NCBI RefSeq assembly: GCF_001194135.2
Contig: NC_068989.1
Span: 45,500,755-45,564,754, forward strand
Source: Octopus bimaculoides
Lineage: Eukaryota
Direction: 5' to 3'
DNA length: 64,000 bases
Shown: piece after piece, positions 23,680-36,551 of the stretch
Layout: each line of letters opens with the position of its first letter
Position numbering within the stretch: position 1 is the stretch's first letter
The notes under the pieces: generated by a model
Databases searched by the model: none
What the model was told of the DNA's origin: nothing
The model's input: only the letters and a program-made list of their open reading frames with translations
Translations under genes and position numbers: made by a program

Positions 23680-23800
23680 GTACATAAATACATACACAAG
23701 CGAGACATAGTCACAAATATGAAGACGTAGTCAAAAACAAACAGAAAAGGCAGACACATACATACATACATGCACACACATTCACACACACACTCACGGG
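23150..23800. repeat. CA/GA-rich low-complexity tract
   Basis: Degenerate (CA)n, (CAGA)n and (GA)n; this accounts for the C/V-rich ORFs here. Confidence 0.9.
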
Positions 23801-24179
23801 GACGAAGACAACGTGGGAAGAAAGATAGATAGAAAGGTAACAGCTAGAGAGAGAGAGAGAGATGAGTCACACATAAAATTCCACACACACACACACACAC
23901 ATACTCATAGACAAGCAAAGACATGTTTAATCGAGAAAAAACAGAAAGATACAAACTGACACAAACACACACGCATATACAGACAAACAAACAAGAACAC
24001 ATACATATTTCTTCGCAAAAGCCGGGTGCTTTATTACTTAGTACTCCTTCCTCAGCCACCCCCACAGAAATGCTGCATGCCATTCAATGACTCAGTCGAG
24101 TAAACTACAAATAGGTACCATGTGACTCTTGAGTACATAATGTATTAATGATCAATGAGCTCATAATTAATAACTGTTT

Positions 24180-25030
24180 CTAATAATCTTTTCTACTATA
24201 GGCACACGGCCTGAAATTTGGCAGGGAGGTTCCTAGTCGATTACATCTTCCCTAATGTTTAACTTGTACTTAATTTATCGAACCCGAAGGGGTGAACGGC
24301 TAAGTCGACTTCTGCGGATTTTCAATTCAGAACGCAAAAAGGACGAATTGCTGCAAAGCATTTTTTCTGGTGCGGTATTATCCTTTTCCAATCTAGTCAC
24401 AAGGCCCGAAATTTTGGGGGAAGAGGCCAGTCGATTACATCAACCTCAGTACGCAACTGGTACTTAATTTATCGACCCCGAAAGGATGAAAAGCAAAGTT
24501 GACCTCAGCAGAATTTGAACTCAGAACCTAAAGACAGACTAAATACCAATAAGCATTTTGCCTGGCGTGCTAACGTTTCTTATTTCTTTATTGCCCACAA
24601 GGGGCTAAACATAGAGGGGACAAACAAGGACAGACAAAGGGATTAAGTCGATTACATCGACTCCTGTGCGTAACTGGTACTTAATTTATCGACCCCGAAA
24701 GGATCAAAGGCAAAGTCGAACATGGCGGTATTTGAACTCAGAACGTAGCAGCAGACGAAATACCGCTAAGCATTTCGCCCGGCGCGCTAACGTTTCTTAT
24801 TTCTTTATTTCCCACAAGGGGCTAAACATAGAGGGGACAAACAAGGACAGGCAAAGGGATTAAGTCGATTACATCGACCCCTGTGCGTAACTGGTACTTT
24901 ATTTATCGCCCCGAAAGGATCAAAGGCAAAGTCGACCACGGCGGTATTTGAACTCAGAACGTAGCAGCAGACGAAATACCGCTAAGCATTTCGCCCGGCG
25001 CGCTAACGTTTCTGCCAGCTCACCGCCTTA
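24180..25030 (-). mobile_element. SINE family B array: one separate copy plus a head-truncated trimer with a 217-bp tandem repeat
   Basis: Near-identical units at 24581-24797 and 24798-25013, a third diverged unit at about 24390-24580, and a separate copy at about 24180-24370. Confidence 0.92.
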
Positions 25031-25084
25031 CCTAAGCGGAATATCAATAACACAACGCCAGGAATTTTGTAGGCTGGAGAGTAT

Positions 25085-25205
25085 ACAAAGTTGATTACAT
25101 TGAATGACTACATGACTGGTTTTTTATTCTCCATCCCAGAAGGATGAAAGGCAAAGTTCAGCAGCATTTGAACTCAGAACAAATAGCAAATATCAGCTGA
25201 GATTT
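25085..25205 (-). mobile_element. SINE family B fragment
   Basis: gttgattacat...gaaaggatgaaaggcaaagtt...atttgaactcagaac. Confidence 0.65.
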
Positions 25206-25212
25206 TAAGTTG

Positions 25213-25284
25213 TCGACGTCGTCGTCGTCGTCGTTGTCGTCGTCGTCGTCGTCCTCCCTCCTCCTCCTCCTCCTCCTCCTCCTC

Positions 25285-25324
<40 letters not shown>

Positions 25325-25338
25325 AACTACTACTACTG
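25213..25338. repeat. Compound trinucleotide repeat (GTC)n(CTC)n(CTA)n
   Basis: Directly visible; it abuts the 3' end of the LINE at 25339. Confidence 0.95.
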
Positions 25339-25865
25339 ATTTCTTTTATTTGCCAATAGGACGAAGGATGAAGAGGGTAATACAAAGACAGACATAAATT
25401 GTTGGGGTTTACATACAATGAAATGATGAAGAAAGAAGGGAAACAATAAACAAAGAAGTGAAGTATATATAGTATACAGTAGTAAAAAAAAATAAAGGTG
25501 ATTGTGATGTAGTCCACCTGATACAAGAAGACCTCTAGGTACAATCGAGAAACTTTATAGTCTAAGATCTACCTGAGCACCAAAGGTAAGTGCCCTCTCC
25601 AATTACTGTTCTCCAACTCACAAGTCTAAACTTAGAGCGGTACCATTCACTCTTGCCATCTTCAGGACTTTCACCCCCACCCACCTTTCAATAAATTCAC
25701 TCGACCACAGCACCTCCCTCTACACTGTCACCTTTCTTCTCAAGTGAAACTTGAAAAAGCCGCTAAGATTTCTACCAAAGAGGAACTGATCTGTCCTCCG
25801 GTCTTTCGACCTCATTCGCCAGACAACCTCTTTTGCCACAACATCTAGGCAAAGGAGAACTGTAA
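25339..25865 (-). mobile_element. Tx1/L1-like LINE 3' end (ORF2 C-terminus and 3' UTR)
   Basis: The minus frame reads LLCLDVVAKEVVWRMRSK...FFKFHLRRKVTV*REVLWSSEFIERWV, followed by a pyrimidine-rich UTR and aataaaa running into (TAG)n. The clade is inferred from this motif pattern. Confidence 0.6.
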
Positions 25866-25904
25866 TACCTGCCCGATTAAAAAAGGGCCGCCTGCCCGAT
25901 TAAA

Positions 25905-26125
25905 CAATAATGATTTTAAGTTTTGGCACAAGGAAAGCAATTCCAAGCGAGTGGGTAAGTCAATTAGACCTCCGTGCTCAACTGTTGCTTATTTTATTGA
26001 TCCCGAAACGATGAAAGACAAAATCGATCTCGCCGGAATTTGAGCTCAGGACACAAACATAAACGAAATGCCGCTAAGCATTTCGTAGAATCGTGCTATC
26101 GATTCTACCAGCTCGCCGCCTTAAT
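25905..26125 (-). mobile_element. SINE family B
   Basis: aattttggcacaagg...gaatttgagctcag...ccagctcgccgcctt. Confidence 0.85.
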
Positions 26126-26525
26126 AATAGTTTGTTCTATGATAGCTTCATGGCCTTTAATCGAATACATCGCCCCCATTGCCTGATCGACCATGAAATG
26201 TTGAAAGGCAAATTCGACCAATGGAAAGGAGCTGCAAGTTTCGAAGCTATTTTTCATAAATTATTTCCTTGACGCCCGTTTCGAAAGACATGTTCACATT
26301 AGCAGGGCAATTAACCTCTATGGCTGGGTCTAATGTCTTTTTTCTGTCTCAAATACCTATAGCATGCATGTCATATTTGCACCCGACAGATGTTTTAATG
26401 AGAATACTCCACTAATATTCCTTTTGTTAATGTTTATCTATGTATTCAGTAATAAAAGTGCTGTTATATATTTTATTCAGAGCAGTCTTTACTCCGGATG
26501 GCTGGCGGTGTTTATTATTTTAGCA

Positions 26526-26770
26526 AGAACTTCATGTCATAATGAAAGACGATGACATTTTCGCAGGGTGTACATGTCGTGTTTTGTCCGCCGCATAAGA
26601 GCAACATATTCAACATTTGTGCCTGCATGTTAAGAACTCAAGAGCTTTGCTGTTTCTTCTGCTTTCTAGATATTTTGAAGCAACCTTCCTACTTTAAGAC
26701 TGAAAAAATAAATAAATAAAGCAGAAGCTTATTCGAAGTGTGATGTAATACAATAATAGATAGGAATACA
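26526..26770. repeat. Unclassified 245-bp element, copy 1
   Basis: About 80-85% identical by eye to 29967-30600 once the SINE there is removed. Confidence 0.88.
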
Positions 26771-26774
26771 ATGA

Positions 26775-26945
26775 GTTTACACTTCCTGTCATTGTTTACA
26801 CCATCATGTTCAAATTCCGCCGAAGTCAGCTTTGCCTTTTATTCTCTCGTAGTCGATAAAATAAGTAGCAATTGATCACTGAAGTAATCATTTTCCCTCT
26901 TCCACACAAAATAATTCTTGTCTGGTGCCAAAAGTAGGAAGAATT
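26775..26945 (+). mobile_element. SINE family B, head-truncated
   Basis: gttcaaattccgccgaagtcagctttgcc...gtcgataaaataagta...tgccaaaagtaggaagaattatta. Confidence 0.75.
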
Positions 26946-27511
26946 ATTAATATGATCCTGAAGTTTATGGAAAACATATAATGCAAAACGTCTTCTGGTG
27001 CTCAGAATGCTTTCTTTCCATGTCTTTGCTGAGATGTGCTACTCCTGCACTTTTAAGTTCACATGGGAAGTCATCAAGCAGTCAATGTTTCGTGTGGGGT
27101 TCGCTAACGACCCGCAAGCAATTCACTTCACTTTCAGTACTTCGTTGTTGTAATTATTGTTGCTGCTATTGATTAGCAAACACTGTCTGAATGATATCAA
27201 ACAGTATTCAATGGTTATCTGTACTGATTCTCAGACTCTTCCTCCCTTTTTCTTCCGAGATGAATTATGGCATTTGCGGATATTTGCAGTTTGTGATTTT
27301 AATGTTTATTGGGCGGATTTCCTCTCATGGACAATCAAGTATCCGAAATATTAATATCAGTACAGTTAATGCAAATCTATTGTAGGCTATTATTTATTAG
27401 TAAGAGAAAAGCTCTGATGGTATTTGTGGTATAATGAACAATCTCTGCATGCATGTGTTATAGATATTTGTATCTGTATGCATGCATCAATATATACAAC
27501 GTATGAATATA

Positions 27512-27721
27512 CATAGTTGGCCTAAAGTCACCCGACAGTAAATCGAAATTCCATAAATGCATTAACTCGAATGGAAAAAAAAGTATCACTCAAGAAGGAC
27601 TTCAATTTGAACAATTTTCCTAATGTTAGATGTTTTTATTAAATTCATTCAGTTGTTAAACAAATAAATCATGAAAGCAAACGTTTTTGTTTTACTTTCA
27701 GGTGACTTTTGGCCAACCCTG
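27512..27721. mobile_element. Tc1/mariner-type MITE, 210 bp, TA TSD
   Basis: Left end ta|catagttggcctaaagtcacccgacagtaaa and right end tttactttcaggtgacttttggccaaccctg|ta form TIRs of about 31 bp. Confidence 0.88.
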
Positions 27722-28214
27722 TATACAATGTAAGTATATATGCCATCTTTACTTCTGATGTGTCTAGTAGAGTCTTCTTTCTACCTTAACTATTTTACGC
27801 ACCATGCACTCACACCTCTGCTTCAACCCTTTAACAACCTCTCTACAAATTCTCCAGACCTACTTGACATTGTGCTAATGCTGGCAGACCGGAAGATATG
27901 CAGCAGATTGAAAGAGATTTTGCAGACGGAGCGACGGGGACTGGTTATCAGTTCTGTGGTTCTGTTTTCTACACCTAGGATGAGATGTTTGTGGAATCAT
28001 CTATCGGCGGCAATGCTAACATCTGGCTACCTGACCAATGTGTGAAGCATTAAGATGGTAAATGTTCGTCTTGTATACGCCTTGTATTTATTGATACCAT
28101 GATTAGGACAAACTTTGGATGTTTGGATATACTTCCTATCCCTAGAAACTTTAGATGCTGACTAACAAGACCATCCTCCGCCTACTCTACATTGTATTTA
28201 TGTCTATTTAGAGT

Positions 28215-28430
28215 GGAGAGGAGCTGGCAGATTCGTTAGCACGCCGGACAAAATGCTTACGGCATTTTGCCCGGCTTTACGTTCTAAGTTCAAATTCCGC
28301 TATAGCCCATATTGCCTTTCATTTTTTCGGAGTTGATAAAATAAGTGCAAGTGGTCGCTAGGGTCGATCTAATCGACTTACATCTACCCCTCCACACCCG
28401 AAATTGATAGCCTTATGCTAAACTTCGAAA
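28215..28430 (+). mobile_element. SINE family B
   Basis: gagctggcagattcgttagcacgccggacaaaatgc...aagttcaaattccgc...aaacttcgaaaccaata. Confidence 0.85.
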
Positions 28431-28804
28431 CCAATATTTATTTAGATTACTGCTCTCTTTGTTTTTGCTGTACTTTTCATAGTTCACTGTTACCTATTTT
28501 GTTCGGAGTGCTTAACTTTCTAGGTAAGTTATTTTCATTTCTGTCAAAAACGTGTTTTTCTATACTGTTGCGAGTGGAGGTGGAATGTGTCTTTTATTAA
28601 TAGTCATACTCAGAGTGTGAAAGGTAAACATTGCTATTATGATGTGAATGAAGCGGGTGACTGAAGTACGTGCCATAACCAAAAAAATGTGAGAGAGAAA
28701 ATCAAGAATATAATTTGATAAATGTTGTCGCACCGATCTAGTGTAATGGTTTAGGCATAGCTACGAATTTCAGTTTAGAAACGTACGGTTGGCAATCTAA
28801 TGCG

Positions 28805-28990
28805 ACTAAGAATGAGCTGACAGATTTGTTGGTTCATCGCAAAAATTGCTTACTTCCCGAGTTCAAATCTCGGTGAAATTAACTTCGGTTTTCATCCTCT
28901 AAGGGTTGATAAAATAAAGTACTAGTCAAGTTTTAGGTCAAACAGCACCAACTAACGCCTTCGTCTAAAAACTTCTTACGCCTAAACTAG
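28805..28990 (+). mobile_element. SINE family B, decayed
   Basis: gagctgacagatt...gagttcaaatctcggtga...gggttgataaaataaagtac. Confidence 0.6.
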
Positions 28991-29546
28991 AAACTGCTAT
29001 ATAGATGTCGACAAGGGTAAAAGACGAGAGAGTTGAGGAGTTATCCTATCAAATGGGAAATATGGTTTTCAACTGTATTCTATGTAGAGGGTTAATGTTT
29101 AGTTATAGTCTCTCATGCTTTGAGGAAGGAGCGGTAGATAGCTATAACCTTGACAGCATTATAGGCACCCGGACAAATTAATGCACTACGCTCAATTGTA
29201 TTTATTTCTCGAGAGCGAGCCATTGCATACGTAGATCAGAAGTGGGCTCCTAGACACTTAAGGTCCTTGAACAACTGTTCATTGTGCCAATACCTTAAGA
29301 TGGCACTGGCGAATGATAAGCAATTTATGGTTAGGCATTTCGTAAACTTGTTATAATCGACTGTATTTTAAGGAATTATAAATGGTGATACTTTTTACAC
29401 ATAATAAACACAATCCTATCCTTATTTCTCAGTTTCGTCTGTTAGCACTCTTACATATCAGCTGAGTTATTGTTTTAACATCTGGCTCGAGTCTATGATG
29501 TCAGGGAGTTAAAAATATATGAGAATATACCATGTGTAGCGCTCAA

Positions 29547-29616
29547 CATTTAGCGAGTATCATTTAGCAAGTGTCATTTAGCAAGTGTCATTTAGCAAGT
29601 GTCATTTAGCAAGTGT
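29547..29616. repeat. 14-bp tandem repeat x5 (catttagcaagtgt)
   Basis: Four perfect copies plus one diverged 5' copy. Confidence 0.95.
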
Positions 29617-29966
29617 ATTGAAGCGACGATATGTGCGAGTCCCTATACGCGTGCATACCTATGATTATATGATACATACATACATACATACATGCATACA
29701 TACACGTATGTGTGTGTGTATGTGTGTAATTGTGTGTGTAAGAAAACGTATTTGTGTGTGTATGTGTGTGTTGTGTTTGTGTATATACAGATAAGTGGTC
29801 TGTAAGATGTATTCCATGTTTGCTGCCCTCTTTGGATCCAATTCCATAAGTCATTCATTTGGTAAATTCCTCTAAAACCATCCATTTTCTCTCCACCAAG
29901 ATTACCAAGCTATAGCCGTGGAAGCCAAAAGGAAAATAAAAACCTCAGGTCAATTCAAACCAGCGC

Positions 29967-30600
29967 AGAACTTCATGTCATAATGAAAGACGATGATATT
30001 TTCGGAAGGTGTATATGACATGCGTGGAGACGCAATGGCCCAGTAGTTAGGGCAGCGAACTCGCGGTCATAGGATCACGGTTTCGATTCCCAGACCGGGC
30101 GTTGTGAGTGTTTATTGAGCGAAAACACCTAAAGCCCCACGAGGCTCCGGCAGGGGATGGTGGCGAACCCTGCTGTACTCTTTCACCACAACTTTCTCTC
30201 ACTCTTACTTCCTGTTTCTGTTGTGCCTGTAATTCAAAGGGTCAGCCTTGTCATACTGTGTCACGCTGAATATCCCCGAGAACTACGTTAAGGGTACACG
30301 TGTCTGTGGAGTGCTCAGCCACTTGCACGTTAATTTCACGAGCAGGCTGTTCCGTTGATCGGATCAACTGGAACCCTCGACGTCGTAAGCGACAGAGTGC
30401 CAACAACAAATATGGCATGCGTTATGTCCGTCACATAAGAGTAACATACTCAACATTTGTGCCTGCATCTTAAGAACTCAAGAACTTTGCTGTTTCTTTT
30501 TATTTTATAGATATTTCGAAGCAACCTTCCTACTTTAGGACTGAAAAAAAAAACAAGCTTATTCGCAGTGTGATGTAATATAATAATAGATAAGAATACA
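29967..30600. repeat. Unclassified 245-bp element, copy 2, interrupted by SINE family C
   Basis: Collinear with 26526-26770 on both sides of the SINE. Confidence 0.88.
30026..30409 (+). mobile_element. SINE family C, full length, 13-bp TSD
   Basis: A-box tggcccagtagttagg, B-box ggtttcgattccc and a (CAA)n tail. TSD atatgacatgcgt (30013-30025) / atatggcatgcgt (30410-30422). Confidence 0.93.
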
Positions 30601-33119
30601 CAGCATCATCCGAGTCGGATGGTGCCGTGTACTTCCCACTAGAGGAGGGCCATAGATAGATACTTACTTAATTGCCGCGTGATTGATTAATAGATATACG
30701 AAACAATATTGATTAATGTACCAATAGAGGGCTATGAAGCAGTTGAAATATAAGTAAAGAAGATTGGATACCTTGCGCAAAGAGTGATTCCCGTTTGCCA
30801 GCGTGTTCGGGTAGAGATACTATCTTAGTTTCCGGCAGTAGCATCCTTAAGGATGGCTGGGTAGACTGGTTCTTATCTGACTCTCACCTTTGGTTCCGAT
30901 ACCATTCTCAGCCACATCCTGGTAACTGCTTCAGGTGGGAGGCTAAATTTAGTGAGTGACTGAAAGCTTGGAGAGGATTTGGGCCCCACAAAGCATTCTA
31001 AGGCTCACTGAAATACCATAAGAGACACAGAAACAAGACATAAAATACGAAGATGAAAAAGGCGGAAGAATGAAAAGGCTATGTCTTCTGCTATGACCTC
31101 GACTTAGTTATCAAAATGAACATAAGTAACTTCTGCGACGCAATTTTGTCTAACGTAGTACTAATATTAGCATGCTCTCTCCGCTGAGAAATCGAATATT
31201 AATAAAGTGAAGACATGAAGTAAATGTGTGCTTGTTGACATGATGAAATCATGAAAAGGTGATTTCTAAGATGAAAGGAAGATCAAAAGGTATATATAAA
31301 TAANNNNNNNNNNNNNNNNNNNNNNNNNNNNNNNNNNNNNNNNNNNNNNNNNNNNNNNNNNNNNNNNNNNNNNNNNNNNNNNNNNNNNNNNNNNNNNNNN
31401 NNNNNNNNNNNNNNNNNNNNNNNNNNNNNNNNNNNNNNNNNNNNNNNNNNNNNNNNNNNNNNNNNNNNNNNNNNNNNNNNNNNNNNNNNNNNNNNATATA
31501 TATATAAATTTATACTTAAAAATCACTAATGTTGATTAATCACAGCTATCTTTGGACATTAATTTCTCTTTAATTGTCTTTGTACTGAAACAATCACAAA
31601 AAGGAATAGTTTACGCAGTATATACCATTTATACACATTCTAAATTTCTTCAGAATAACACCGATTCAACCAACCTGCACCAACACACTGAAATAGATAA
31701 TTTAAGAGATTTTGGTGCCTATTAGAAGAGATAAATCTGAACCATTTTGAATGTGAAATTGTATATTTCTACTCACCCCTCACCTGTTACATGCTTGAAA
31801 TTTTGCCAAATTTTCCTCCACTTTATAAAGTATAAAATATATTTAGTGTTACTTTTACCTATCAAAGTCTGTTCAAATAGATTGTTTTAGAAATTCTGCA
31901 CACTTTAGAATACTTGATTCTCAAAATGTTGTCATAAGTGAAAAATTGATATTTTCCACAAACCTTATCTTGTTATCGTTTTCAACTTTTAATCATTTCT
32001 GAAACAGGTTATACAAAATAAACTGTAAAATTTCTGTAACATGTTGCTCTCTCATCAAGATAACGATAAACACTTTTCAGAAAGTGGTTCCTTTTGTTAA
32101 ATGTTTGTTGAGAAGATGGTGAGTGCGTACCAGGAACTGGATTCATCAGAGTATTTGTGTAAATTGGAGAAGTATCGAAAATTAACGACTGAAAAAATGT
32201 TCGGAATAGATTTTTAAAAGGAAAGAGAGAGAGCTAAATTTGAAAGGCAAATCATGAACGAAATCTGTTGGTTAAGACGTTCACGTCGTAACTCTTTCGT
32301 TGAGTTTGACCTAACTTCGTTGTACTTCATGGAAATGTATTCTCCTCTAGCATAGAGAGGATCAATAGCATGTGAATGAATTCAGGGTGGAGGAAAATGT
32401 GCGGAAGTGTCTCAGGAGCTTTGGGTGTTAGAAGTATGATCGTTACATCGTATATTCTGTTCCCGGTCTGAGTAAGACACGCCACTACACAATTGTTTCG
32501 GTTTACTCAGCAGGAAAGGAAAGCTAGTGATAACTGCTGAGGAGTAGTGTTTTGGGACCGACTGGTTTTCAGTTTAGCGGGATGTCTCCCAATCTCAGTC
32601 GCTTAGAGGCCACAGAAGCCACAATGAGCCCCGGCTGATGGGCCTGTATATACATACATACATATATATATATCAGAAATAATAGAGTGACTTAATGTCC
32701 GAGAGTTTCATGCGTTGGCACTTATCAAACTAGTATATACAAACACACACACACACGCACACACATTTATATTTCGTTTAGGCATTGCGATACTAATAAC
32801 CTGGTGTTAGAGTTCAATCTCTGGTTAAATTTTAGTGATGTTTCTCTGCCCGTTAAGTTTTTATGTCTGTTAACTCCTCCAAAACAGTTGGTGCAAGGAC
32901 AACGAAATTCAAACCAGCAACTCCTCTAATTCTACGAATTGTCCTAAAGGAGTCTATTTTTTTAAGGGCCGCCTAATTGGGGCGCAACTGACTAAATACA
33001 TGGCATCGGCGACCAAATCGTAGCAATGACAATGAATTTCATACTATAAACTCCCAGGGAGTATGGTAAGGAGGTCCAAGTTTTCAAGGGCCGCTTAAAT
33101 GGATCCACTAACCCCCTAT

Positions 33120-33895
33120 TTTTACTGCATTTACCTCGCGTTTACGCTTATTGATTAAACTATAATCAGCATCAGTGCTTAGCACATTTACAGAAATAAG
33201 TTTGAACATTCTAAATATCTTGACACACACATTCAAATTGAAATAAAGACTTATAACAGCTACGTTTCAAGTGTGGTAATAATAAACTTTCTTCGCAGTG
33301 GTTGGACCAAAATGAAGCACCGTAAACTTTCAAATAAACTCGAGGTCTTCAAAAAGGAGGTTATGGTGACTGTTTGGTGGTGTACTGCTGGACTCATCCT
33401 CTGTAACTTCATAAAACTTGGAAAAACCATTATTGCAGAAACATATTGCCCTGAAATTGCCAAAATGAGCGAGAAACTGCTACTCCTCCGTCCCTGACTG
33501 ATTAACAGAAGAGGGCCAATCATTCTTCTTGGCAATGCTTGACCACACGTCTTACTAATGACGCTCCAGAAGTTGAGGGAACTTGGCTGCGAAGCTCTTC
33601 CCCTCCCAGCTTATTCCCCAGACCTTTCTCCTACCGACTACCACTTTTTGAAGCATCTTGATGGTTTCCTACGAGAGAAGGGGTTCAAAAATCAGACCGA
33701 TGCTGAAAGTCCGTTCAAAGAGTTCATCAGCTCTAGAACTCCCGATTTTTATGTCACCGGAATAAACAAACTTGGCAAAAATGTGTTCATTATAATGTTA
33801 CTTATTTTGATGAATAAAATTTCCGTATTCTTGAAACATATTGCGATGAATTTCATATTTTAAAACGTTGCTTACTTTTTACTCAGCTTGATACT
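33120..33895 (+). mobile_element. Mariner, internally deleted (catalytic half retained)
   Basis: KKEVMVTVWWCTAGLI...IAETYC and LPAYSPDLSPTDYHFLKHLDGFL...EFISSRTPDFYVTGINKL; TIR-like ttactttttactcagcttgata at the 3' end. Confidence 0.88.
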
Positions 33896-34491
33896 TCTCC
33901 ACTCGGAGCGATTTGTCTTTTTCACCACTCTTTCTTTTTATTGGTGTCTTTTCATAAAAGAAATTAGCTGTGTCTATTGTTGGAGAGGGGTAGGCTACAC
34001 TACGTCTTAAAAAGTCTTTGAGACACTGAGACCACGGTGCTGCAGTGACGCTATGAAGGAGAGTCTAAGGCAAGGCAATATATACGATTATGATAATTGA
34101 CTTAACGGAAAATCTGTAGCCAATTTTAACGCAGGAGTGGTAGAGTGGTTCAAAGTGCGCTTCGCATTCTTGTGGTATCGAGTTCAAATTGGCGGTGTCT
34201 TTTATCATAGTCATAGATCGATCTAATCGTTGTGAATAAAACTGGTTAAATAAAAGAAGTGTATGCAATCCTGTTGGATGAATCTTAAACATAATCCAAA
34301 AGAACAGAGTTATCACATATGTCTTATTGACTCGGTTCAAGTATTACGCCAAGATTTCACGTGCCTGTAAGATACTCAGCCATTTACACATGAGTAGGTA
34401 GTTTTGTTTTTCGAACAACCGAATATTCATCGTCAAAAACGACGGAGGATCTGATATCATCACTATCACCAGATACACACACACACACACA

Positions 34492-34538
<47 letters not shown>

Positions 34539-34830
34539 ACATATATGAATAGAAGTTTAATATTGAGTTAGAGATACTCCACTTTTTTGTGACCAGTCAA
34601 AGGTAGTGTATTGAAGCCTTTAGTTGATCATATGAAACTAGGATTTTCAATCTTGTTATTCTATGGATAATTTGAGGAAGACTCACTAAGATGCGAATCA
34701 AAATTTAACATCACTGATTTTACACACATAAACACGTGTGCGTGGATACATACCGATACGAACAAGCATCCTTGGATATACATATTTCTGTACATCACCA
34801 TTCTCCCTCTTTCGCAATGTGTGTGTGTGT

Positions 34831-34892
<62 letters not shown>

Positions 34893-36131
34893 NNNNNNNN
34901 NNNNNNNNNNNNNNNNNNNNNNNNNNNNNNNNNNNNNNNNNNNNNNNNNNNNNNNNNNNNNNNNNNNNNNNNNNNNNNNNNNNNNNNNNNNNNNNNNNNN
35001 NNNNNNNNNNNNNNNNNNNNNNNNNNNNNNNNNNNNNNNNNNNNNNNNNNNNNNNNNNNNNNNNNNNNNNNNNNNNNNNNNNNNNNNNNNNNNNNNNNNN
35101 NNNNNNNNNNNNNNNNNNNNNNNNNNNNNNNNNNNNNNNNNNNNNNNNNNNNNNNNNNNNNNNNNNNNNNNNNNNNNNNNNNNNNNNNNNNNNNNNNNNN
35201 NNNNNNNNNNNNNNNNNNNNNNNNNNNNNNNNNNNNNNNNNNNNNNNNNNNNNNNNNNNNNNNNNNNNNNNNNNNNNNNNNNNNNNNNNNNNNNNNNNNN
35301 NNNNNNNNNNNNNNNNNNNNNNNNNNNNNNNNNNNNNNNNNNNNNNNNNNNNNNNNNNNNNNNNNNNNNNNNNNNNNNNNNNNNNNNNNNNNNNNNNNNN
35401 NNNNNNNNNNNNNNNNNNNNNNNNNNNNNNNNNNNNNNNNNNNNNNNNNNNNNNNNNNNNNNNNNNNNNNNNNNNNNNNNNNNNNNNNNNNNNNNNNNNN
35501 NNNNNNNNNNNNNNNNNNNNNNNNNNNNNNNNNNNNNNNNNNNNNNNNNNNNNNNNNNNNNNNNNNNNNNNNNNNNNNNNNNNNNNNNNNNNNNNNNNGT
35601 GTGTGTGTGTGTGTGTGTGTGTGCGTGCGTGTGTGTGTGTGTGTGTGTGTATGTATATATGTCTGTATTGAAATAATTAAGCAAGGTATGTATGTAGGCA
35701 ACTCACACTTGTACGCATACAGTTTGGTGGACTAGGAATTCATGTGACTCGAAAAAAACCTCTCGATATCAAGTAGGAACTTCAAAATGTGTGTGTGGGG
35801 GGTGGAATTTCTAATGAAAAGTAAAACAAAAAAACTAAAAAAAATAATGCTAGTAAAAAAAAGTTAATGACTGATTGAATGAACATTGTCTGTAAAAGCG
35901 GTAACATGAAGAGTTCAAGAAATTTGTACGTGTGTCATAAATAATTTGGTAGGATTAGTTGACCTCTATAGAAATAACACCTTCTGTATCTATGATAAAG
36001 GTAATTGTATTGACAGGAACATATTTAAGTCCATTAGATACTGTTAACGTAAGTAGCAGTCGGATATAATAGCGCAGCTTTGATATCATTCTAGGGATGG
36101 GGTTATTGATTTTGTCTGCGAATATGATAAC

Positions 36132-36139
36132 AATAATGC

Positions 36140-36235
<96 letters not shown>

Positions 36236-36240
36236 TAATG
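36132..36240. repeat. (AAT)n microsatellite
   Basis: Directly visible. Confidence 0.97.
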
Positions 36241-36517
36241 AAATAAATGAATAAAATTGAATAAAAAATAAAAGTAAAAAATTAAAAATTGCGTTTACAT
36301 TAGTAGGACTTCATTTAAAACTACGGAATTATGTATAACTATATTTTTCTACAACCGCCATACACACATACATACGTAGACACACAGATACATTCATACA
36401 TACATACTTACATATAATATACATAAATACAAATATACACACACGAACAAACACACACGCATACATATATGCCAGACCAAGCATAAATATATAAATATAC
36501 AAACGGTTTATAGCGGT

Positions 36518-36551
<34 letters not shown>

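Noticed and set aside
32080-32170. Overlapping micro-exon candidates on both strands
   Set aside because: The plus (38 nt, gtgagt donor) and minus (58 nt, gtacgc donor) options are equally plausible, with no way to discriminate.
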